Below, piece by piece: positions 13,746 through 24,800 of a stretch of 64,000 bases of DNA. Every line of letters starts with the position of its first letter. The first letter of the stretch is position 1. This stretch comes from the human T2T-CHM13v2.0 reference genome, Homo sapiens. The stretch lies in assembly GCF_009914755.1 (NCBI RefSeq), contig NC_060931.1; one strand, given 5' to 3'. The position numbers and the translations under genes were made by a program. The notes under the pieces were generated by a model. It was not told where the DNA came from. It ran no database searches and saw only the letters and a list, made by a program, of their open reading frames with translations.

Positions 13746-15469
13746 TTCATAGTAATTCAGAAACATACCATGTCTAAGATTAATTTCATGTTAGAAACAT
13801 TAACAGACAAAGAGCTCTTGCATCAGGAAATTCCACATATTTGAATCAATGTGTAAGAAGAAATTTAACTTTGCTTTCTCTTATATAGACTATGTCTCAG
13901 AAAAATGTAAGATCTATTAAATTGAACCATATTAAATTGTCATTTGTGTTGTTCAAAGTTGGTCAAATAGAGACAAATTTATATGATTCAAGTTAACATC
14001 ATTATTTTTAGTTGATGTGTTACTAACATACACAAGCGATTAGACTTTATTTTCATTGATTTTTATTTTCTGGAAAATAGAAATTTGGTAATCAAGTCCT
14101 TAACACAGAAAGGGGTACAACATTCTAGTGAAATATTTTAAGATCCTTAGAAATATAATATCAATACTATGCCATTGGAGGATTGGAGGGTTGTGAAAAA
14201 CAAACAAGCAAACAAAAAACGGAGTCTTCACTGCTTGATGGAGGCTTTTGATTCAGTATTGGAATTCTTTATCCAGTAGTTATCCCCTTTCTATATTCAT
14301 TTGGATAAAGCTTTCCTGGGTATAGAACCCACTTAGCCTGCAAGATTCCATCCCAGAGCAATTGATCTTTGTCTCTCCACCAAGATCAACTAAAACTGGA
14401 ACCTAGTATTAACTGCCTTTCAATCAAAGTTTTAGGACACTCAGAGCCAACCTCTTAGCAGTGATATGCTGTGGTTACGTTTTTTCAAGATTAGATATAT
14501 ACCTACTAACAATGAACTAGGCTACATTAGAGAGAGAATTAAGTGTATTGTTCACTGGAGGATATGGGTAGCCCCTGTTGTTGAGTCTCCATGGTTCCTG
14601 CCAGCAGCCTAGGAGAAGCTAGGGGCAGGGCAGCGGAAATCTGCAGGCCCATAGCTGATTCCAAAGGGCTTTATGTGAAGGCTGGCAGATGTGGAGAATT
14701 TTTTTAATCTTCTGAAGATGAGAGAACCCGGGTAGAAGTGTGGGTTTATGAACAAATATTTATTGCTTCAGGGTCCAGGTAAATTCAGGGTATATGCTAT
14801 AAAAACACAAATGAAAAATATAGTCTGTGACTTTTTTAAAAAAAGTTGGGAGAGCTCATTAAGATTTATTATAGGTCCCAAATTTTGTAGTCCCTAAGCT
14901 TAACGACAGATGGTGGTGTAACTCCACCAATTTCACAATATCTCCATTCAGTCTGATGTAACATAGATTACCCTTGATTTGACTTCGGTGAAATTAGAAT
15001 TTTCTCTTTTCCCTAAATGTGTCAGGGAGGAGAATGGGGAAAAGTCGTCTAAAAGGAGTCTGCTTATTTGCTCATCTTCAGAAAACTGTAGTGGATGTGA
15101 AAACACAGGAAACTGATATGTGACTGTTTTTTCTGTGTGAAAGGAAAAATACCTTGCATTTAAGACTTTAGTTACAGGCTATTTGAAGTGAGTAGCACAA
15201 TTTTGAAGATGTTATTTATAACAGGAAAAAATAGTAATTTAAAAACACCCCCTTTCCTTTCTCCCAGCGATTTCTCCAAGTCAGTTGAAATTTAAGTACA
15301 AGTCACAATTACAGAGATAAAACGGCTCTGAAAGAGAAAAATGTAGTTGTTGTTTGAAAGTGTTGGAAAAAACAGACTTAAGTGTGTGAAAAATTATATT
15401 TTTATAAAAAATAACTGAAAATCAAAGAGGTTCACTGGGAGAAGCAGTAAACTAACATTTCTAATTTGT

Positions 15470-16610
15470 CATTCGCGTGCGTCGCTTTCCTTCATCTTGG
15501 CTATACTTCCTCTCATCTGCGGTGTTTTATTTCGCGCAAGATGCGCTGACAGAGGCCATTTCAAACGAATTTATCTTTCACTAGGACCGTACTAGAGCAG
15601 TGTCTCGAATTTTGTTGATTTGTGGTTTCGTCGTAAAATAAACTTGAAATCAAATAAACTTTCGTGAGGAAGCTTTGATGTCCACTTGGTGAAACTCCTC
15701 ATTCACCCAGTTGAGCCGTTGAACTTTCTTCTGGAACCTCTTTAAATGACTTTTGCCGATCCACGTGCTGCAAAGAAGACCTGAACCGTGCCTATGACCC
15801 TGCGCGGCGACTACAGGGACAGAATTTGGCTTTCCTTCTCTTTCCAATATGCAGCGTTTCGTTTAAAGGCTGCCTCGATCCAGTGGGCTGACCAGTGACT
15901 TGTGCAAAAGAAAACTATTCGATCGCTGTTTGCCCTTTCAGCGTTTTCCTCGGCTGCGGAAACCCGGTTTTCCTATTATTATACTTCAACTTTTTTTGGA
16001 GTCAGCTAGCACAGAGCGCTAAACCCCGGCCAGTTCCAGCAGCAGCCGAGGCGAACAAAGCCTGCAGTGTTCGGGGCCATGCTGGGGCGGGAGTGGTGGA
16101 CGAGTTCAAGGAATTGCAAATAAATATATTTTATGACCACCCATCAACAAACTACGTGCCACCGTGGCGGCCCCTGGTAGCCGGGCCGTGTCTGCAGTGT
16201 GGCCAGGGGCGGGGGCTGAAAAGGAGGCGGCCGGAGAGGCGAAGCGAGCTGCGAGCCCCGGGCCTGAACTTTCACCTCTCGAACCCGGGCCCAGCCCATT
16301 GGCTGCAGCCGAGGGGTCCACCGAGGGCAGCGGCTCCTGACAGGACCTGTTTTCCCAACTCCCTGGACAGCTTCCCTGCGGGATGGGTTGGTGGCCCGGG
16401 GCATGGCAGCAGGCGAGGAGGAGATAATGGGGGCGAAGTTGAGCGGGGGCACTTGGGAGCTGCGGGCTCAGTTTCACTGAGAAAAAGGCCCCGGAAGGGT
16501 ACGCGTCCACTCTATAAATATATACTCCTCCGACTGAGATGTCCTTTCGCACCTCTTGGCTATCTGTACTCTCCAGAAAGGAACGTTAGAGGCTGCGAAT
16601 TTCACCAAAA
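15470..16610. promoter_or_regulatory. Upstream CpG-rich island/promoter-like region
   Basis: Sharp rise in CpG; E2F-type TTTCGCGC (15530), CACGTG (15762), GC boxes (~16085, 16206), ATTGG (16298), TATAAATA (16513). Confidence 0.8.
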
Positions 16611-19051
16611 CGTTTCTTTGTGTACAGAAAAGTGAAAGGCTAACTAAACTCGTTCCTCTCCAAGTCTTGAGACCCTAACCCTCCTTCTCCTCGTTGGGAA
16701 CTTGATCTTCCAAGTGGCCCTAGCTCTTTTACAATAAACCTTTCCCGCTCACTTACTCGGTACACCTGGAGAGAAAAGGGAAGTCAGTGGGGTCGATGTA
16801 CGCGGGGGAAGAAGAAGAAAAAGAAGTGAGAAGCTGTCCACCTTTTGATTGTTCTATTCCCTTCATTTATAACCCCCCTGGAAAGGTACATCCCCAGTTT
16901 TCCAAGGATTTCCACGTCGTTTACTCTTCTTTTTTCCAAAATAGTTTCAAGTTTATTCAGAATCCGTTTTTATTGAGGTTTCCTAGTGAAGCATAAACGC
17001 AGATTACTTAACATAAAATTATCCCCACCTTTCAAAAGGGCGAGGTAGGGCCATTTGGGGCTGGCGTTTTCTAATGATAATGACTGTTCCTCCTTCTGTC
17101 TCTGCTCCCACTTTTAAAAGATTCGGATTATTTGTCCACTGTTCAGCCTGCATTTCAAAATAGACGATTTAAAAAAGAGTGAGAACACAGTCTGTAGGCA
17201 CAGCACTTGAGGACTGCCGGAGTTGAAAAGCTCAGGGAAAGAACCGCAATTCAAAGTCCAACTCTACCTCGTTCCTCTTCCTCCTGGCAGGGGCCATCTT
17301 CCCAGGGCCAGCCCCATGGCTTTTTGACTTAATTGGTTTCACTAAAAAAACCCTGACGGTGTGTTTACCGACGTGGGTGCCAGGGCTGCTTCCTCCCTGG
17401 GAGAGCCGCGGGTTCTGAAGGAAAGGGTTGGTGCCAAGTGTGTGTGTGAGCTCGCGACTGCCCTTTAGAGAAAGGGCGCGCTGCTCTTTCAGGAAAGGAA
17501 AGATTCAAAGGCACAAGTTAGTGCGGTTCGCCCGTCTCCCCAACCACCACCACCCCTCCCTCTTCTGCCACCGGAGGGGTTCAAGTTGGCCGTTCTTTCC
17601 CCAGGGAGGAGGGCCGGGAAGCAGCCGGGGGCCAGGCTCTGTTCACCACGGCCTATTGGCCGCAGCTATTTGGAGGAAAGTTTCAGCGCCTCTCGGAACG
17701 CCACGCTTTGCGACTGACTTGCGAGCAAAGCAGCGGGCTCAGTCTGCGGCGCGCGGAAAAGGCGGCCGGCGAAGAGTCGCCCGGCCCGCGGGCAGGGGAG
17801 GGACCGGAGGGAGACGGCGGGGAGGGAGCGCTGGCCCCCCTCTGGGCTGGGGCTCCGGAGGAAGCCCCTCGCCAAGATTCCGGTCGTGCGTCCCCTCCGG
17901 GGCCCGCTCTCTCCTCCCTCGGCCTTTCCCCTGTCACCGCCCTGGGTCCCAAGCAGGCCGCCCAGCCGGGTCACACCCGGTGGATAGAAGCCGGGACCCA
18001 GGGCTGGCGGCTGGGCCCGTGCATCCCCCACGCGGGCGCCTCGGCTTTGAAGTGCGCGCGGAGCAGGCTCTGACCGTTTCTTCTTTCCTTTCTTTCCGGT
18101 TACTTTTGCTCCCCTCAGTCACTGATAGGACCCTTCCCGAAAACCTCAGACTCTCTAAGTCCCAGCTTGGCGGCCCCTTCCTTCCAAGCCGCGCCCCGGT
18201 GACCTGGGCTGCGCGACCACGAGGAAGCCCGAGAACTCCTTGGCCCAAGTGAGACAGGAACCAGGGCAACAATGAAGAGAAAGACACTCGGCCTCTCTCC
18301 ACCCCAGGCCGCAGAGGCGCACACCGTGAAAAGAAAGGCCAATCAGCGCTTTAACGCACGCTCGGGTCTCCCTTTCCGACTACCATGTACTTTTAACTCC
18401 CTGCCACCGAGGGCTTTGGATCCCTTCGAGGCTTTCTGCACTTCAAGTGGAATCCCCTGTTTCATTTGCCAGCAGCTCCGTCTGCTGAGAGGACGTACTT
18501 TGGGGACTGCCAAGAAGCAGCAGACACAACTCGGCTTTGCCAATACAGCATACGGTTTTGTTCTCGCCTCCCTCCCCACCCCCTTCCCTGACTCGCCGTC
18601 TGGGGCGAGCTGGAGAAGGCGGAGCAGGAGGTGGGGAGAAGGGTGGGGGTGGGGGAAGGTCTGGCGTAGCACAAACAAGTTCTCCAGCGGGTTGTTTACA
18701 TAGCAGGTGGACCTGACGTCAGCCAGGAGGCTCCGCTGCAAATCCGAACAATATTCTTCCCCGCGTTTCCCCCTCCTTAAAGAAGTTAGGGAACGGGGGG
18801 AGATAGGTGGACGGGGGAGAAAGGCATCCTAACCAGCTGGTTCCAAACCTATCAACAACAACAACGACAATAACAACGCAAAGTAAAACAAAACAAACAA
18901 GTGGTCCGGCGGTACTTCAGAATCCTCTGCGGCGTCCTGTCCCCCACCCCGCCCCTCCGAGGAGAGGCAGCCCCGCGAGCAGTGTGTGTACAGTTCGCAT
19001 TGCCAACAACACGCGCGCGCGGCCGGGTGCGCGCGCCTGCCAGCGCACATT

Positions 19052-19070
19052 CACACACACAGACACACAG

Positions 19071-19099
<29 letters not shown>
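19052..19099. repeat. Interrupted (CA)n microsatellite immediately upstream of the first exon
   Basis: Direct reading; pure (AC)14 run from 19071. Confidence 0.95.
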
Positions 19100-19101
<2 letters not shown>

Positions 19102-19143
19102 TCCGGGTGGGGGGAGCGGCTGCGCGAGACAGCGCGAGCCTCC

Positions 19144-19428
19144 GAGAAAGCGCGAGACACGCCGGCGCGTGCAGCTCCGCGGCCGCCGCTTCGCCCTAGC
19201 TCTAGCCCCGCGCCACCCGCAGCCCGCCCGCGAACGCCCGCCCCGGTTATTTATGCGGCGGCCGCGTCCGCTGGCTGCGGCTTCCTCGGCCCCCCCCCTC
19301 CCCGGGCGCGCCCCCCACTCGCGGCAGCAGCTGCCCGGACTCGCGCGTGGGTGTGTTGTTTGGGGGCTTCTGCCTCGCCGCCGCGGGTGCCACCTCCCGG
19401 GACGCTGCCCACGGCGTCCCCGGTCGCG
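19144..19428 (+). other. FOXP2: Non-coding first exon (probable FOXP2 exon s1); 5' end approximate
   Basis: GC-rich segment ending at the canonical donor GCG|GTAAGT (19429); no long coding exon; start inferred from a recalled exon length of ~285 nt. Confidence 0.75.
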
Positions 19429-20424
19429 GTAAGTTTCTTGGCCCTCACTCTGGCGCGCTACACCTCCGCACCCCACCCTGTCCCAGCCACCTCCACGCTG
19501 GGCCGAGCTGCGACTTTACTCTGCTCCGCGCTCCTCCCGCGGTGGCGACAAAGTTTCGCCCCAAAGGCAGCGCCCTGCTTGCCGGGGCGAGTGTGACATG
19601 TGTCAAATTTGGGCTCGGCGTTGGGGTCGCATTCCGGACCCAGCATCACCACTTGTTGTTCTCTTTCATTTTGCTTTGTGATGGGGGAAAAAGGGGTGGA
19701 GAGGGGAGATTTGCTGTTGGCTCACGGATGATTTTTAGTTTGGATAATGCAAAATGTTGCTTCGTCCGGAGAGACCTCGGCTGGAGGAGAATGTGTGTCG
19801 AAACACCAGATGTGTGTTTGTTTACTCTCTTCTTTTTAATTGTTTGTTGTCTTTTCCCCTTCCTCCCCGCACCCCCACCCCCAACCTCGGGAGGAGAAAC
19901 AACAGTAAAAACATCTGGCGGTTAGAAGCACACACTTTATTGATCCAACTGCTGACCTTTATTTACTCAGTTGGGCAAGTGCACGCTTCTCGCGTCTAAG
20001 TTGGGCACTTCAGCGTTCATCTCAGAAGTACTTCTCCAGGAAGGAGAGAGATGGAAAGGGGACACTCCTGTTTCTGGAGTCAAGAAACTCCTGGGCCCTA
20101 CTGACGCTTCGGGATAACCGTGCACAGGGATGACTGCTGCCTTGATCGCGTTCCTTTCCCTGTCCACGCGTTAGCACGACCGGCTTCCCCCGGTGTCTGG
20201 CCTGGTTTTACTTTTATTCCGCTTTAGAGAGGTCGCCTGGCTGTTTGTGGGTGGGTTTGGGGTGAAATCGCACCTCGCGGCACTTGGTGAGGGGACGTGG
20301 GAGGAGCGCAGACACCTTTCGGTGATAGGGAGGGCTTCTCACTTGGCTGTTACCTGGAAGTCCACAGTGGCCCCGGCGGGCAGGCGGGCGGGCAGAGCGC
20401 GGGTCCGAACGCCCTTCGCGCTCG

Positions 20425-20465
20425 CGGCGGCGCACGTGCGGCGGCGGCGGCGGCGCCGGCGGCGC
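20425..20465 (+). repeat. CGG-rich tract: (CGG)2 CGCACGTG (CGG)5 CGC (CGG)2
   Basis: Direct reading; fits the recalled CGG-rich region in FOXP2 intron s1. Confidence 0.85.
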
Positions 20466-20499
20466 GGGCGGGACCCACTGGGTGGCCGCGCGCGCCACC

Positions 20500-20655
20500 C
20501 GCGCGTTTTCTGCGCGCCTCTGCCCACCCGCGAGGCCGCAACGCGCCCTGACACCCGACCTCAGTGTGGACCCTCACTTGCTGTGGGTGTTGGGGCCTCT
20601 CTAGAGCAGGGAGGAAAAGTTACCCTCACTATTCTCAGACTCTGGAATCTCTTAG
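20500..20655 (+). other. FOXP2: Probable alternative non-coding first exon (5' end unknown)
   Basis: Strong donor TAG|GTAAGT at 20656 at the 3' edge of the CpG island. Confidence 0.5.
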
Positions 20656-21645
20656 GTAAGTCTCTTAGGGCACCTGGCGCATGGGGTGACGCTTTGATTA
20701 GAAGGAACGTGAGGGGAAGAACGGGTGCAAGTCTGGGGATTGGAAAGCGGAGCCAGTGCGCGTTTTGCACAGGGATGAGTCAAGAGAGGTCGACCTGGCC
20801 ACCGCTTGGGACGCTCCGCAGAATCCGGAATCCCCAAAGACCTAGACCCATGTGTGTATTTGTTTATTCAGCTTTTTAACCAACAGATTTAAACCACTTA
20901 ATAGCTGCTATCTGTAAGGCTCCTGTTCCCCCCATCTAACCCCCCCTCCACACACATACACACTTTTTTTTTTCCCCACCACATATTAAAATCCAGTAAG
21001 TTTCTTGATCTTGAGGATTATTCCTGGAGTACTCTTCGCTCCCTGGTGGGCAGGCTTTGGCCATGCAAGGTGCGCTAGGTGGCCTGGGTGAGTTCTCAGA
21101 GGAGGATGGAGGGGGAAAGGGTACGAAGGACCTGTGGGAGTGTGTAAGGTGTGTGCATATGTAGTCATCGTGGATCAGGAGTGCTTAAAGAGCTACCTCC
21201 CAACATGTCCAGAGTCTACTTGGAAGAATACTTAAGTAGTAGCAGGTAAGCCCAAGGGAGAAAGTGACGCCCTGTTGTCAAGCAGCTGAAGTGGACGTTT
21301 TCCAACTGGAAGTACTGGGAGAGATTTACTTTTAGAAAACAAAAGTTTGCCTGTAAGGCATATCTTTGCAGGCTCTCCTAACTCAAATAGTTTGTTTAGT
21401 CAGCAGCAGAGGCAAGAGAGATGTGTTTAATAGCAAGTCTGTGTTAGAGGTCAAAACTGAAGTAAAGATGAGCTTTCAGTTATTTTCATCTTCAAGTTTG
21501 CATTGTGGCATACCTTGGGAAATGTTTTATGTTGTCAAGGGGACTGTTTATCTTTTCTGTCACTATGAGTTATGGATCAGTATATTCCCAGTGTACTGGA
21601 ATTTTTAAATGTAGTGTTTGTTTAATGTTGTTAAACACAATTAAT

Positions 21646-21862
21646 TTACAATTTTGATTTATTTGTATCTATATTAAAAGAGTGGGTATAAAATTATATA
21701 AACTGTGATCGTTAGGGTCATACAATTTCATATCAGTTTTAGAGCTTTTTTAACTTACAATTTTGATTTATTTGTATCTATATTAAAAGAGTGGGTATAA
21801 AATTCTGTACACTGTGATCATTAGGGCCAAACAATTTCATATCAGCTTTAGAGCTTTTTAAA
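21646..21862. repeat. Tandem duplication, two copies of a 109-bp unit
   Basis: ttacaattttgatttatttgtatc... at 21646 and 21755. Confidence 0.95.
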
Positions 21863-24800
21863 GGCCCCTTTTCTCTTGCCTGCTTAACTTCTTTCCTTTT
21901 ATTTTTATTGCCTAACTAGACTCATATTCAGTCGTCAGTCTAGTTAAATGCTTCCTTACGACACACACTATTTCATTGTTATCTAAAATTAAGTGAAATA
22001 AATGTTTAATTATGATTAAATATACTAACTTTGAAAGAGGAGACTAGAAACCTGATGAAACATCCCTGTAGGTGAGAAATGACACTCAATTTAAAAAGAT
22101 CATCTAAAAGTTCACTTTTAAGTACAAAAAAGAATGTTAGGATTTTTAAGGGAATAATTTTTAATTCAACTTAAATATAAGTACAATGAATACTTTATAG
22201 TTAGGTTGTTAAAATGTTACCACTACCGTGTATATTAGAATAAATACAGCAATAAAAGGAAACATAGACATATATTAATTATGAACTATTTATAATGTTA
22301 GGAATTGCCTGACTCATATTTTGGGATATTGTTTTTATATAATTTATACTCGGGTGGAAATAGGCCCTTAATTACATTATGATATGAAGAGATTTATGAA
22401 ATGGTTGTACCTGAATAAGCTGTACTTGGAGTTTCATTTCTTTGCACTTCTTATATTGCAGTGGCTTTGCTTAAAAAAAAAATAAGATAAACCTTTGTAA
22501 TTTTCTAGAAACCTAAAATAGGGAGGAAATAGTTGTATGTGGCACACCATAAAAGTAGAAAAAGGTGAACATTATATGTACAGGTAATCTGTAATGAGAA
22601 GTTATATTTCCTTTGTACAAACAAAATTTCAAACACACAAAACAAGTCTCTTTGCATAGATATTAGAATTATACTTCATGAAAAGTATATTGAAGTATGT
22701 GAAAATAACTGCATGGTTTGATTAAGATTCATAGAGCATGTAACAGTATAGTGAATGTAGCCAGAGAAATTATTTACCATTTTTATTTCAACAGAAGATG
22801 TGAAGGATATAAAACTTATTTACATAAAAGGGATTTTATTTGTGACGTTTTTGGATTTCTATCTGGGTCAGCCTCATCACCCTTGTTTGTTTTTGTGTCA
22901 TGTTAAATCAGCTATTAGTTATAATACTGATAGAAAACAAAATGATGAACGTCATGTATTTTCTGCCTCTCTGAATTAAATTGGAAAGAGGCCATTAACT
23001 TGTAAGAAGAGAATGAGATTGAGCACACAGGTCTCTAAGAAGTTTTCTCAACATGATTGTTAATAGACAAAATTGTAAGTCAGTTGAATTCAGAAATAGT
23101 GTCAATTTTATTACAATTGCTGAATATTAATTTTTGGCACATTCAAGCTATTTTTTTCTTGAATTTTGTGATAAATAGTAGTTGTCTTATTCATAAATGA
23201 ATGGACCCAAAATGTTCTAACCAGTGCCCAAATTCATACTACTCTTTGATAAAAGAAAGCCTGTATCTTAAAATTGGCCTAATGAGAGTTTAATATTAGC
23301 ACTGATTTCAAAAACAACTTTATTTATGTAGCCCTTAATTCATAGAGTTCAAATAAATCCAACCCAGAAAGATTCCTCTTTATATTCTTAAAGCTTCTGT
23401 AAAGGTAATCCCTGTGCTTGAAACTTTAAAAAAAACATATTCCAGTGCTCATGGTCTGCAAATATTCTAATGCCTAATTCAAATTTTAAATGTTGTAGTT
23501 TAGTTTTATTCCTTCCTTAGGTGAAATAAACATTTTCTTAGGTTCAACTATGTATCTCTTAGTGTACTTGGACTAAAGTCCTATCAATTCTATAGTCTTT
23601 ATTAAGTACAATTATTTACATTCTTGGAACTTTTTTTTTTTCATGAGGCTTAGGTCATTTTCATTGCTTTCTTATGGAGGTATTCTAGACTTTTAGCTTC
23701 CTCATTTGATTTTCAGAACTTCAAAGTGGGCCCTGTAACATATTTAACAGCTAAGCATAGTTAGAAGGGTTGTCTAAAAATGCCATCACTTTTTTTTAGC
23801 CCAGCTTTGGTTATGTGAAAATTTATTATTATTGAATAACAGAAATACTAATATTGTAGGATACTCTTCCCTATAGAATATTGTTTTCTTGCAGATATTC
23901 TTTCCTGTAAAATAAATGGGTACTTCCACTTGCTTACTTCCCTCTAAGTATTTTTTATATACTATTTTGCTCTGCTCTGTGTATTTATCCATTCCTGCCC
24001 TAAATTTCCCAGACAAAACAAACAAACAAAAAAGTGCCTAGCTGTGGTGAAGCATAAAGAAATAGTATGACCTAATGAAGAGGTTAGTGGTAGAATATTG
24101 AGAAGCTGGAGAGAGTTTTTAGAGAAGATTTAGATTTCTTACGTTGCAACACTTTTAGTATTAAAATTATAAAGTAAATTTAAGGGTATACAGTGATATA
24201 TTTTCAGTAGTAATATTCATGAAAGCTAGTTTTTCTTTAAATAGTTGCCTTGGCGATTTGCTGTTTCCTCAAATGTGATATTAAGTATTGGCCTAATTAT
24301 TTTTAGGAGTATAATCTCAATTTTATAATTGGAGTGATTAGGAATTTGTATTTATCTATACAGATATTTGCCTACCAGCCAACTTAACAGAGTATATCTG
24401 TGCTCTAAAAGTACACTGACATCACCTCAATTTCATCTTTAATACATTATATTTTAATGATTTACAGCTGGATTCACTTTTACTGTTTCATGTTGTAATT
24501 GTGAACTTTGTTTACTCTCTCTAAATTGACTTGTATTTTTGTTCATTCTTCCAGTTTGCCAAGTACAATTTGAATGGTTAAATTTACTCAATTTAACTAA
24601 ATCTATCTAAACTTTTTTAAAAAATACATTTTCTCCGTAAATCATCTATGGGGTTTAGGTTCAACCTTTTGCATTTTTTGATTATTGAAATACACATTCT
24701 TGGACCTGTACTCAACTACTGCTTGAATTCAGCTTTGAGGTTGGTTGTACCCTTCTCTCTTCCTACTATCTGCCAAGTATATCTAGAACATACCTTCCCA

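Larger units (their letters stand above)
17370..20850. promoter_or_regulatory. FOXP2: Main CpG island promoter (probable FOXP2 TSS1/exon s1 promoter)
   Basis: ~3.4 kb of very high GC/CpG; CCAAT boxes (17655 reverse, 18339), TGTTTAC (18693, 19819), CRE TGACGTCA (18714), GC boxes. Gene identity is from recalled architecture (non-coding exon s1 in a CpG island, CGG-rich tract in intron s1, long AT-rich intron). Confidence 0.8.

Noticed and set aside
16512-16521. MEF2 site
   Set aside because: CTATAAATAT misses the final purine of YTA(A/T)4TAR; better read as a TATA box
15895-20879. Long ORFs (246, 274, 231, 228, 192 aa) in the CpG islands
   Set aside because: Low-complexity R/G/P/A-rich frames overlapping on both strands, expected from stop-codon scarcity in GC-rich DNA; many begin at non-ATG codons; no recognisable domain
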